DNA of 35,409 nucleotides. Origin: Octopus bimaculoides (lineage: Eukaryota). The stretch is taken from positions 17,334,477 to 17,369,885 of the forward strand of contig NC_069003.1 in NCBI RefSeq assembly GCF_001194135.2, in the 5' to 3' direction. Both the position numbers and the translations under genes were made by a program. The notes under the pieces were generated by a model. It was not told where the DNA came from. It worked only from the letters and a program-made list of their open reading frames with translations, and searched no databases. Of the stretch, positions 21,136 through 32,962 are shown piece after piece. How positions within the stretch are numbered: position 1 is the stretch's first letter; every line of letters begins with the position of its first letter.

Positions 21136-22334
21136 CAGGGGTTGGACAAAATAATAGAAACACCAAGCATCATAATTTTGAAATATCTATAAAACCGTCA
21201 AAAGCTTGTTTATTTTTGTTTTTTCATTTATTTATTAGTCCTGCTTAATATGTTTTGCTAAAATTGCTGTTTCTTTTCAGATATCATCAGAAAAAGGTAA
21301 TTAAAATTCATTTAATGACAGATCTATCGGACTTTCAATGAGGTCAAATTGTTGGTGCTTGTATGGCAGGCACTAGCGTAATGAAAACAGCTGAAATGTT
21401 TGGTATATCAAGAAGTACTGTCTCAAAAGTAATGACAGCCTTTGAGAAAGAGGAAAAAACCTCCTTGTCGAAACAAAACTCCGAAAGAAAACCAAAACTT
21501 TCAGACAGGGGCCGTCAGACTCTTACATGAATTGTTAGAAAGGATCACAAAAGTACAGCTCCCAAAATCACTTCAGAGCTTAATGACCAGCTCGAGAACC
21601 CAGTTTCCACAAAAACTGTTCTCCAGGAGCTGCACAGGAAAACTTTCAAAAACAAATGTTGTGAAGCAATTGGTCCCTAGAACAGTGGAAGAATGTTATT
21701 TTCTCGGACGAGTCATCCTTTACATTACCTCCAACCACTGGCCGAGTATATGTGTGGAGACAGCCAAAAGAAGCATTTGACCCAGACTGCCCTCTTCCAA
21801 CTGTTAAACATGGCAGAGGACCTGTGATGATCTGGGAGGCTATATCTTGGAAATCCACCAGCCCAATGGCTTCCCTTCATGGCAGAATTAATAGACAAGA
21901 CCATTTAAGCATTTTATCTTATCAAATTCAACGTATGATTGCACAACTGTTTCCGGAGAGAAATGCAATCTTTCAGGATAATGCACCAACTCACATAGCG
22001 AAAGTTGTTACTGAATGGTATTAGGAACATTCTAGGGAAGTTGAACATCTTTTCTGGCCACCACAGTCCTCAGATCTCAATATTATTGAACATTTATGGC
22101 GCATTTTAGAAAAACAAGTAAGGAGTCGATATCCTCCACCATCACCACTACAAGTACTGGAGACTGTTTTAGCTGAAGAATGGACAAAAATTCCTTTGGA
22201 AACAATTGAAACTTTGTATGAGTTCATACCTCATAGAATTCAAGCTGTAATTACTGCCAAAGGCAGTCCTATCCCATATTAAAATAAATTTGTTTGAAAT
22301 TTTAAGGTGTTTCAATTATTTTGTCCAACCCCTG
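21136..22334 (+). mobile_element. Tc1-family (DD34E-type) DNA transposon, both ends intact, transposase decayed
   Basis: TA|caggggttggacaaaataatagaaacacc ... ggtgtttcaattattttgtccaacccctg|TA. The transposase runs from ATG 21315 (MTDLSDFQ*GQIVG HTH) through FSDES, FQDNAP and DLNIIEHLW to stop 22282. Confidence 0.95.
21315..22282 (+). pseudogene. Tc1 transposase pseudogene
   Basis: In-frame TGA at 21339 plus several frameshifts. Confidence 0.9.
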
Positions 22335-22338
22335 TATA

Positions 22339-22384
<46 letters not shown>

Positions 22385-22845
22385 CATACATATACATAAG
22401 GCAAATAAGAAAATGGAGATGATATAAAATCGACAAACATTCCTTTATATGTATTTATTAAATAATAAGCATGTTTTAGTGGTACAAATAAGCGAATGAG
22501 ATCAGCCAATAAATACGTAAACAGATAGAGATGAATGAATAACAGATGAGTGTACACAAGATGGAATACCATGGATTATAATAACACCCTAAGATGAAGT
22601 TCTTACTTTTCCTTACCACGTCTATTACATTACATTATTTTTACCTATTTTACTCTCTTATTTACCCTACTCTATTATTCTAACTGAACTTCCCACATGT
22701 TAGTTTCCTAATATTTGTACTCTCTGAAGAAGCCTTGAGGCTCAACCATTACCCAGTCTCTGTCCACTGTTTGTTCATCTCTGTATATCACTGATGTCAT
22801 GAAGAGGACTTGGAAGGGATTTGTATCTGTACACTCATCTATTGT

Positions 22846-23224
22846 GGAGGTGCAATGGCCCACTGGTTAAGGCAGCGGACTCGTGGTCATAGGATCGCGA
22901 TTTCGATTCCCAGACCGGGCATTGTGAGTGTTTATTGAGCGAAAACACCTAAAGCTCCACGAGGCTCCGGCAGGGGATGGTGGTGAACCCTGCTGTACTC
23001 TTTCACCACAACTTTCTCTTACTTCCTGTTTCTGTTGTACCTGTAATTCAAAGGGTCAGCCTTGTCACACTGTGTCACTCTGAATCTCCCTGAGAACTAT
23101 GTTAAGGGTACACGTGTCTGTGGAGTGGTCAACCACTTGCACGTTAATTTCACGAGCAGGCTGTTCCATTGATCGAATCAACTGGAACCCTTGACGTCGT
23201 AAGCGACGGAGTGCCAACAACAAC
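22846..23224 (+). mobile_element. tRNA-derived SINE family C, full length with (CAA)n tail
   Basis: ggaggtgcaatggcccactggttaaggcagcggac (A box) ... gatttcgattccc (B box). Tail ccaacaacaac. Possible TSD ctcatctattgt / ctcgtctattat. Confidence 0.88.
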
Positions 23225-23664
23225 TCGTCTATTATTATTCATCTCTCTCTATATACACCTGATTACGTATTTATTGGCTGATCTAATTTGTTTACTTGTA
23301 CTACTTATACACATTTGTTTCATTTAATAAATATAATGTTTACTGGCTGATGTTTATCTATTCTATATCCTCTCCATTTTCTTATTTGCCTTATAAATCC
23401 TGGGTAAATTTCCAACTTATTTGAACCCATACCCAGTATTCAATTGCAATATTGCCATGTAATCGTAAGCACTTGATTAAAAATACGTAGGCACACATCC
23501 AGTAGTATATTGGATATTTAATGTTCCTTAGATGGTTTATTAACCTCTAACTCAGACATATATATAAAATACACTATAATTGACACAAAGTTTCCTCAAA
23601 ATTAAATATACCTAATATAATAAATCCTTTCTACTGGAAGCATAAGGCCTCAAATTATGGGGGA

Positions 23665-23803
23665 AAGGATTAAGTCGATTACATAGACCCCAGTATGTAA
23701 CTGGTACTAATTTTATTGACCCCGAAAGAACGAAAGGCAAAGTCAACCCCGGCAGAATTCAAACTCTGCCCAGCACGCTAACGACCGCCAGCTCGCTGCC
23801 TTA
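23665..23803 (-). mobile_element. SINE family A, internally deleted
   Basis: Reverse complement of 26606-26770. Confidence 0.85.
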
Positions 23804-23899
23804 ATATAACAGAAATGTAAATGTCAGTGAGTCACAATTTTTCAACTGTACTCCTAGAAGCCATAGCCTAACATATACCATTTTGGAATCAGGCTGGCT

Positions 23900-24185
23900 C
23901 CATGAGTAAATCAAAAACATTCTGGATCTACAATCCTGAAATTTTGGATTCCAAAGTTTTCATTATTGTGATTGTTCTTGGCAATTTTTTTACATGACTT
24001 TTTGCGACAAATTTTTTTGTATGATAATAATTCTTATAATCTAAAGGTCAAATCCATGACTAAATTAAAAACATTCTGGGCCAAATCTGAACCTGCAATC
24101 CTGAAATTTTGGATACTTATGCTTTCATTACTGCAGTTGTTTGCGGCGATGTGGTTAACATGATTTTTTGCAACAAATATGATCG
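23900..24185. repeat. Diverged tandem duplication with about 155-bp period
   Basis: ccatga.taaat.aaaaacattctgg...caatcctgaaattttggat...ttcatta.tg recurs at 23900 and 24054. Confidence 0.7.
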
Positions 24186-24569
24186 TCATTGGGATAGGAC
24201 TCTGGAGTAAGCAATTGCAACAAATTCTCCAAAACACATAAGTACTGGTGATGATTAAATTTGATTATGTGATTAAAAATTCTTCAAGGTGGCGCTCCAA
24301 CATGGCTGAAACAAGATATGTGTGTGGGTATATACACACACATACATCTACCCATATAAAAACTTAGTGAATAATGTCACAGTGAAACATGACATGCCAC
24401 CAAAGACCATGTCTCATAATGGATTCAATACCACACGCCACTACCCAGTGTAGTATGATGCAGGGCTAGTGTTCAAAATACAAGCCCAGGAATAAAAATA
24501 ACATACAGATATGGTATTCAATTGAATATGTTCTAGAAACCATTAAACACCACACCAGTTTTCTTTATA

Positions 24570-25820
24570 CAGGGTGTGGTGAATAAAATTATGCAAAAAT
24601 ATAAATAACACTGACATCTCATTTTGACAGATATATTTACCAAAATTACATAATTTCTTGAAATACAAATGAGTAAATTTATTCAATAAAATCGCCATTG
24701 GCTTCAACTATAGCCTAAACACAACTTCGTAATCTGCAACTCTTCTGGACGATTTCAACTACAGCCTCCAGACGACTTCGGAATTTCCTGCAAGTCTCCT
24801 GGATGGTCTCCCTGTTTAAGTTGGTGAATGCTGCCATAATCCTTGCTTTCAGTTCATCTTTAGTATTACAAGGAGTTTTCTTGGTTTCTTGCTCAACTAC
24901 ACCCCACACATAAGGAAGGGGTCTGCAGTCTGGGAAGTTAGGTGACCAGATGTTAGGGGTGATGTGGTCGCAGAAATTGTCTGACAGCCATGACTGGGTT
25001 CTCCTGCTTGTGTGACATGGTGCAGACTCCTCTTGCCAGACATAAGGTCTTCCAGCAGCCACCCTCTTCACCCAGAGCAGCACCACCTCCTCCAGGCACT
25101 TGATGTAGGTCTCCGTGTTGAGTGTGAAGTCGTGAGGGAAGGTGAGTGGAGGCATAACATTGCCATCACTAGTGATCACTCCAAACACCATGATGTTGAC
25201 TGGATGTTTGATTCTTATCACTCTCAGTACATGTTATGGGAAGACAGCAAGCCAATGGTTGTTCTGTGTGTTCACCATCTGATTCTGGAAGAAATTTTTC
25301 TCATCAGTTGGAGGGGGATGCTTGAGTTTGTTCAAAAGCTTCATAGCGTGGTCCTTGATGGCCTGGGATAAAAACTGGCCCTTTCTTGTCCTTGATGGCT
25401 TGGGATAAAAACTGGCCCTTTCTCATCTTATATGAGGAATACCAAATGTCTTCAAGCACTACCTGCCTGATAAGAAAATCATACACTCCCATATCCCCAG
25501 CTATGGACCTGATTGACTCGCAGGGATCATTGTCAATCATGGCCTGGATCTCGCCAACAAATTTAGGAGTTCTTTTCTTATCAGAACAATCAGTGTGAGT
25601 TTTCTGAGCTGCTGTACCTTCGCAATCACCATTAGACTCATCCAACTCTTTCCAAATCCTCTGCACTCTCCTCAGATTGACATCCAAACTCTGAAATGTT
25701 CATATTGGAGCTTCCAGCAGTACAGCATGTCAATTGCAAATTTCTGGCAGAAGGAATTGCGTCTTGATGCTGCTTTTCTCAGACAATGCTCAACTGACAC
25801 TACTACAGTGTGTAGTTAAC
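24570..25820 (-). mobile_element. Mariner-like DD37D (maT-type) transposon, decayed; left TIR TA|cagggtgtgg, other end probably in the gap
   Basis: Transposase remnants TDEKNFFQ, KHPVNIMVFGVITSDG, WQEESAPCH and PDCRPL, with 37 residues between the second and third catalytic positions. Confidence 0.9.
25352..25422. repeat. 37-bp tandem duplication within the mariner transposase
   Basis: tccttgatggc(c/t)tgggataaaaactggccctttct occurs twice. Confidence 0.9.
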
Positions 25821-26605
25821 AAAAAAAAAAAAAAAAAANNNNNNNNNNNNNNNNNNNNNNNNNNNNNNNNNNNNNNNNNNNNNNNNNNNNNNNNNNNNNN
25901 NNNNNNNNNNNNNNNNNNNNNNNNNNNNNNNNNNNNNNNNNNNNNNNNNNNNNNNNNNNNNNNNNNNNNNNNNNNNNNNNNNNNNNNNNNNNNNNNNNNN
26001 NNNNNNNNNNNNNNNNNNNNNNNNNNNNNNNNNNNNNNNNNNNNNNNNNNNNNNNNNNNNNNNNNNNNNNNNNNNNNNNNNNNNNNNNNNNNNNNNNNNN
26101 NNNNNNNNNNNNNNNNNNNNNNNNNNNNNNNNNNNNNNNNNNNNNNNNNNNNNNNNNNNNNNNNNNNNNNNNNNNNNNNNNNNNNNNNNNNNNNNNNNNN
26201 NNNNNNNNNNNNNNNNNNNNNNNNNNNNNNNNNNNNNNNNNNNNNNNNNNNNNNNNNNNNNNNNNNNNNNNNNNNNNNNNNNNNNNNNNNNNNNNNNNNN
26301 NNNNNNNNNNNNNNNNNNNNNNNNNNNNNNNNNNNNNNNNNNNNNNNNNNNNNNNNNNNNNNNNNNNNNNNNNNNNNNNNNNNNNNNNNNNNNNNNNNNN
26401 NNNNNNNNNNNNNNNNNNNNNNNNNNNNNNNNNNNNNNNNNNNNNNNNNNNNNNNNNNNNNNNNNNNNNNNNNNNNNNNNNNNNNNNNNNNNNNNNNNNN
26501 NNNNNNNNNNNNNNNNNNNNNNNNNNNNNNCTGGCATGGAAAGCAAGCATAAAAACAATGATTTTTTTACATATAAAATCAATGATCTTACACACACACA
26601 AAAAA

Positions 26606-26826
26606 TGGCGGCGAGCTGGCAGAACCGTTAGCACACCGGGCGAAATGCTTAGCGGTATTTCGTCTGCCCGCTACGTTCTGAGTTCAAATTCCGCCGAGGT
26701 CGACTTTGCCTTTCATCCTTTCGGGGTCGATTAAATAAGTACCAGTTACGCACTGGGATCGATATAATCCGTTTGTCTGTCCTTGTTTGTCCCCTCTGTG
26801 TGTAGCCCCTTGTGGGTAGTAAAGAA
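26606..26826 (+). mobile_element. SINE family A, full length, apparently young
   Basis: ggcggcgagctggcagaa A box, gagttcaaattcc B box and 3' ...gcccttgtgggtagtaaagaaa. Confidence 0.93.
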
Positions 26827-28049
26827 ACAACACACAAAAAATTTCTAGTTATGTGTCCCAATTACGTGTTAATTAGCATGTCATGGGATTGCTTCCAGAA
26901 ATATGTCGCTCACAGACACACCAGCAGACTCAGCACAGATGAGACCCTTCAGCTCTAGCTCCTCAGCTCAGATGAAGGTTAACTCCATACACATCCTGCA
27001 TACTAATAACTACTGGGCTCATGGTACTTGTTGCCCAAGACCAATACAAGATTAAATGATGAAAAAGTGGCACTGGCTCTGCACAAACCAAAACCCTTAT
27101 ACTGTGTTGTCCCCTATATGTCAGTCCTGGTGCCAATAAATGAAAGAATTATTATTATTATTATTAAGGCGGCTAGCTGGCAGAATGTCCTGCTGTGTCC
27201 TGGCGTAATTTTCAGAGCTTTTAGCACAAGCTAGGGGAGTAAATCTCTACAAAAAATCCAGCAGAAGGGATCCTTTGATGGGTATCCATTAGTGGAGAGG
27301 TGTACTTGGGACTAGGAAACTTGCACCTGGAAACAGCCTAGGTACAGCAGAGGTGGTTAAGTTACCATCTCAGCAATACCATCAATAAAAATGGTGAAAC
27401 CAACCATATATATTCCAGAGGAATTTGAAATCAATTTCTTGATTTGTTAGCAGGAAATGTGAAACAAATAATGCCAGTTACAAGAGATCTAATGTCAACA
27501 AGTATTGCAAACTACAATCAGTAAATTTAGGAAATTAGTAAAAATGGAACAGAATAAAGAAATGTTTCCAACAGGTTCACCAGAATTCGTGTCAAAATGA
27601 AAAACAAGAACCAGAAAAACCAACAATGAACATACAAAATTTCATATTAAATCTCACTTTTACAATTTTTGGTCAAATTTCTTAAGGCCAACAATGTTTC
27701 CTCCAGAATCCTTTTCAAGTTAGATTGTAGAAAGAAAACTAGATGTTATAAACGGACGATAAATGTGGAGACAATATTAGAATACATAAAAATATTGTAA
27801 ATTTCATGGATGTATTCAATTATGTAACATTTAAATTATATTTTCTTATATGGAGGAAAGGAAAATGATAAATAAAGCCTCTGAGTCATGATAAATATTC
27901 TAGTTGGGTGATCATCAACAGAACTACCTAATCATTGTATTCCAAAGATACTACTATTCTTAATTGTGAAGCTAGACCTATGAATTTCAAATACAGTTTA
28001 CCCTGCATTTATAACATAAGTGGCTGAATATATTACACTTCCCCTTTCA

Positions 28050-29230
28050 CCCTTTAGTGTTTTGATTTATTCAGGTTCAAGTGGGGTGTCCACAATATTT
28101 GCTTGTAACTTTGTTAATCTTCTACATACAGATTTGAAATTTTGTAAATGGGTGTTTATATGCCAGTGGTTCATAGTTACGAAATTTTAGCTGATTATTA
28201 TGATTAAATTTGACTTTTATGGGCAGGTAAATTTAATTAACAGGTGTAAAAACAGTAACATTATGAATAAGCACTAAAATTCATATTAATACATCTTACC
28301 TGTTTGATTTGTTACTAAAATTATCCCAGATGTCAACCACCAACAATTTTACATTTTTCAAGATGAGGTACATTAATTTGAATTAAAATACAGGTGTAAC
28401 TTGTACAAGATTTTATTCTTTCTCTATAAAACTCTTTTACTAGTCAATTGGCGATGTACTCTTATACAATTTAATGAATTCATTTATGTAACAGAATGCA
28501 TCTGATAAAAAAAGCTCATTAACAAGGGAGACTAAGGTAATACAGGTGTGTAACATACTGAAAATTGATATGTATTTCTCACTTTCACATAATTTATAAT
28601 AAAATGAAAAGGAATAGATGATAAAATAATATACTTATGACATACTTCTGTCTTGAAACTGTCCAAAGCACCTTTACACAAGGACACTTTGCAAAAGGAA
28701 CACATTTACGAAGTCTCAATCTGATACCCTTTTGCAGTTTTTCTTTGTTTCAGTGAATACAGTCTGCAAACTTTTTTCTTCCATTTATCTTTTTGACTTC
28801 AGGTAAGTCAGTATTTTTCTGTTGACATCCACCTCAGTTAATTTTGCTTTTCTCCCAGTTCTGTGCTTTCTAGAAGAAAAGCCCTCATGTAACTGAGATG
28901 TGATGTCAACCCGAAATTTCAAATGGTCATAGTCCTTTGGTGGCAGATGTACCTTGTGGCTTTTTACATATACAATATATGAATTAACTATAGTTAAATT
29001 AACTAAAATCCACAAAAATGTACCTCCTCCATTTCTTCCCAGGTCGATCAACTGTGTAATATGCCCAATATTGGTCAGATTTTTCAACCCCACCTATACA
29101 TTTGTTCTATCAAATATTCATTTAGCACCAACACCAGGTTGTTCATTAGTAGGCAGAAATAAAATCTGTCTTTTGTCAGGATAAATTACAGGTCCAGTCC
29201 ATCTTCGCTCCATACAATTTCTTGTTTACC
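28050..29230 (-). mobile_element. piggyBac (PGBD4-like) transposase relic, C-terminal part
   Basis: Across frames: GGVEKSDQYWAYYTVDRPGKKWRRYIF, WILVNLTIVNSYIVY..HLKFRVDI and a Cys-rich tail KKVC..ETS.MCSFCKVSLCK. Possible end ttca|ccctttag at 28050. Confidence 0.85.
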
Positions 29231-29395
29231 CAATTTCATTCATTAAGTTCAGGGCTGATGTGAGGTTATGATAGGTGATTTGCTCAAGTTGCCATGCAGT
29301 GGGAGTGAACTAGGGACCTTCTGATTGAACTATTCCACTATGTCTGTACATCCTCAATACATTGATTGTATTGAGACAGGTTATTGATCAAAACT

Positions 29396-30508
29396 ACTCC
29401 TTTAGCATTTAAACCATCCATTGCCGGCCCATATACTTCTTTAATATACCTGAATTTGTCAATGTTGTTCAAATCCATGCCAGAGTTATTTCTCTTGGCT
29501 CATTTCTGTTCACAACGATCAGTCCTCAGCCCACTCAGAGTGAAAGATAGACTGTATGATGCATGTGTATGAACAGCTATGCTAAACGGCAGTGAAACAT
29601 GGGCCATAACTACTGAGGACATGCATAGGCTTGAAAGAAATGAAGCTAGTATGCTCTGCTGGATGTGTAATTGTCAGTGTGCATGCATGACAGAGTGTCC
29701 TGAGAGAAAAGTTGGACATAAGAACCATCAGATGTGGTGTGCAAGGTTCATGTGCTGCATATGGATGAGGGCAGCTATGTGAAGTGTCACACCCTAACAG
29801 TGGAAGGAACCTGTGGAAGAGGTGGACCCAAGAAGACATTGGATGAGGTGGTGAAGCACAACCTTCGAACATTGTGTCTCACAGAGGCAATGACAAGAGA
29901 CCAAGACCTTTGGAAATATGCTATGCTTGAGAAGACCCAGCAAGTAAAGTGAGATCGCAGCCATGGCCAATAAATGTCACATAACCAGCCCATTTAAAAG
30001 TACCCTTGAATCATCAGGCGATACGCTGTGCTTGAGAAGACTTGTTGAGTCAAGTAACATCATAGTGATGGCTGATACCAGTGCCGCCTGACTAGCACCT
30101 GTGCTGGTGGCACATAAAAAGCACCATCTGAGCGTGGTTGATGCCAGTGCCCCAACTGGCTCCAGTGCTGGTGACATGTAAAAATACCCACTACACTTTT
30201 AGAGTGATTGGCATTAGGAAGGGCATCCAGCTGTAGAAACCTTGCCAGATCAGAGTGGAGCCTGGTGCAGCCTACTGGCTTGCCAGTTCTCAGTTATACT
30301 GTCCAATCCATGCCAGCATGGAAAACGGATGTTAAACGATGATTCTACTTGCTTAAGGTGAAACCAGCCAGATCCAGCCTTTCAAACCTACCTTACAATG
30401 CCATTTTAAAAATAAACAATCACATCAAAATCTCGAAGACATGAGACAATGCATGATTAATTCAAAACAATGTGAATAAATGAACATAACATAGGACAGA
30501 GTAATGGG
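29396..30508. mobile_element. piggyBac-like MITE split by an RTE insertion (left part about 29396-29435, right part about 30358-30508)
   Basis: The left end cctttagcatttaaacc is roughly the reverse complement of the 5565-5584 terminus. The right part is homologous to 5420-5565. Confidence 0.5.
29515..30343 (+). mobile_element. RTE family 1 3' portion, diverged
   Basis: RVKDRLYDACV, MLNGSETW, GRGGPKKT and the shared tail ...gttaaacgatgat. Confidence 0.9.
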
Positions 30509-31049
30509 CTAAACTAACTGCTTAGTGATCAGGACTGCCAAGTTTGTGTAACTATAGCAGTGCAGAATAGAAGAGGAAACAATGGGCAGTAAATACCAGT
30601 CTTGGAAAATGAGTTCCTTACCCATGAATCCATCAACTACTGATCACCACATACATCTATTCCACTCCTTTAGGACCTAAAAATACCTTAGCTCACAACA
30701 GTTTTCAGCCCTCTTACAAAGCTCACTTAAGATCTGCAATGGGATGTTGCATACACACCTAGGACATTGTTGCTGCAAAGAGACGTCCAAGACTGTACCC
30801 AGAAAAAGGTAACGTAGCTAGTTGGCATTGTCAACATTGAATTTCTACTTTTTCATGTTGGCATGGGTTGGATGAAATTTATTGAGATGAATTTTCTATG
30901 GTCAGTCACCAAACCTCACCTGCTTCCAAATAAGATCGTATTTCCCCATGGCCAGATGTTTCTATGGAAGATTGGAAATAAAGAACATTTGCATGGTGGT
31001 GACACTTGCTTACAACTATCATGTTATATCAAAGAAAGGAAGCAGCATC

Positions 31050-31208
31050 ACACAAACATATACATAACAGGCTTCTTTCAGTTTCCATCTACCAAACCTA
31101 CTCACATAGCTTTGGTCAACCCAGGGATATAGTAGAAGACACTTGCCCAAAGTGATAGGCATAGGGACTGAACCCAAAACCATGTGGTTGAGAAGCAAAC
31201 TTACCACA
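31050..31208 (-). mobile_element. SINE family B head
   Basis: ggcttctttcagtttccatctacc...agaagacacttgccc...cttaccac. Confidence 0.85.
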
Positions 31209-31545
31209 TAACGTCTGCAGGTATTAAGTCCCTAACACATTCAACCTCTACCCCACATACTTTATCCTCATCCATATTGTAACCCTCTCTCCAGACTGCA
31301 AAAAGCCACTGTACTTCAACCATGAAAATCAAACACTCTGGAATGTCCTTCACTGCAGGTTTTCTAGGAATTATTGGATTCCATTTGTCCAAAAACCAAT
31401 TGTAATAATCTCAGTGAACCCATGATAGTCAGAGGTGGTGGTGTTTCCTTCTCTCAGACCAAGTTATGAAATAAAAGGGTTGGCAAAGACTAATAATCCT
31501 GTGATTTATAAGCTAACGAAGAAAATTAATTGGCTCTTCACTCAC

Positions 31546-31590
31546 CTAATTAAACTGGCTTCCATGATGCTGGATATGACAGGCAGGATG
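31546..31590 (-). CDS. ESCO/Eco1 cohesin acetyltransferase, probable first coding exon (45 nt; ATG at 31565; MEASLI+AG, phase 2)
   Basis: The minus strand reads ttctctgtctctttacAG|...atcATGG...ttAG|GTGAGT: strong acceptor, good start context and consensus donor. Its phase-2 end matches the phase-2 start of the large exon, giving MEASLIS-NVDT. The link across 17.5 kb is inferred from phase only. Confidence 0.6.
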   Translation of the reverse strand, partial: HPACHIQHHGSQFN

Positions 31591-31611
31591 CTGTAAAGAG
31601 ACAGAGAACAT

Positions 31612-31825
31612 ATATTCTTTTGTTTGTCATTTGACTGTGGCCATGCTGGAGCACTGTATTTAGTCAAACAAAATCGACTCAAGGACATTCTTTGTAAGCC
31701 TAGTACTTATTCTATTGTTCTCTTTGCCGAACCACTAAGATACAGGGAGATAAACACACCAACATCGGTTATCAAGCGATGGTGGGGGACAAATACAGAC
31801 TCATAAATACACACACACAAATATA
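31612..31825 (-). mobile_element. SINE family B, 3' half of a split copy
   Basis: Matches 16745-16945 and stops at the central CA microsatellite. Confidence 0.88.
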
Positions 31826-32003
31826 TGGCACGTAAAAAGCACCCACTACACTCTCGGAGTGGTTGGCGTTAGGAAGGGCATCCAGCTGTAGAAACTCTGC
31901 CGAATCAGATTGGAGTCTGGTGTAGCCGTCTGGTTCGCCAGTCCCCAGTCAAATCGTCCAACCCATGCTAGCATGGAAAGCAAACGTTAAATGATGATGA
32001 TGA
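31826..32003 (+). mobile_element. RTE family 1 terminal tail with (GAT)n
   Basis: ggcacgtaaaaagcacccactacactctcgg...gttaaatgatgatgatgat. Confidence 0.92.
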
Positions 32004-32565
32004 TATATATACTAGCAGTATAACCCGACGTTGTCCGGGTGTGACTTATTACGCCATCTACAATAAGTCTTGCTAGGTGAAAATCAACTAAAAAAGAAAG
32101 CCTTACAACGAAAAAACCCTTATGGTGTAAATATGTTCATAATTCAAAAGATGATGAAATTAATAGGGAAAGTCTGAAGGCTGTTTTGCGTAACATTATT
32201 AAGCATACGTAAATTTCATCCGTCTAATTGGCTATAGAAATGCTTGTGCAAAACAACTATTAGCGCTGGGTAATTCCTTTTCGCAGGAGCTAGGACGGCA
32301 ATTTCTGATGAAGCAATTGCTGGTGATCTGTTGCTACACAGTTCTGCCAGAATTGTATTAGGCAGTAGATGTTGATGCACCATTTTGCATTATGTTCAAA
32401 GTAACTTCTGGAATGTGTTGAATTGATGCAATCTGTTGTTGTCTTTTTAAACCGGTTGCTTTCTTTCCCCAGCAAGTTGTCTTGTTTGGAGGCATAATCT
32501 ATGTACATATTAAAGAGAACAACAAAAGTTATAACAGTTGGCAGGGTCAGTAGTTTTCACATTTC

Positions 32566-32737
32566 GGTAATTTTTCAGATTAACACCCACACAATTACGT
32601 AACCGTAATCCTTAGACCCTAAAACCGTAACCATAACACTAACCCTCATCGTAACCCTAAAACCCTAACCCTGACCCAAAAACTGTAACCCTAACACCCT
32701 AGTGAAAATCGTGCGGGTGTTAATCTGAAAAATTACC
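32566..32737. mobile_element. TIR element with degenerate (CCCTAA)n interior
   Basis: ggtaatttttcagattaacaccc(a/g)cac forms a 27-bp inverted repeat with one mismatch around accctaa/aaccgtaa/taaccct units. Confidence 0.8.
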
Positions 32738-32899
32738 CAGATTTGTAATGAAGTTCACTGATTTGCAATGTGTTGTCCATAAGCTCCGTAGTTTGTATGT
32801 ATGAGTGTGTATTCAAAAACATCTATATTTACACTTTAAAGTTGGTTTTCACACTCAACCCTGTTCTGCAGAATCAGTGTTGCGACGGGAGGTTTGTAC

Positions 32900-32962
32900 C
32901 CATCTCTACATTCTGAGTTCAAATTCCGCCGAAGTCGACTTTGCTTTTCATCCGTTCGGGGT
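32900..32962 (+). mobile_element. SINE family A fragment inside Helitron copy 2
   Basis: Same junction as 592-660. Confidence 0.85.

Noticed and set aside
22846-22920. tRNA gene (also 26606 and other SINE heads)
   Set aside because: A and B boxes are present, but there is no full cloverleaf and the heads run into SINE bodies.
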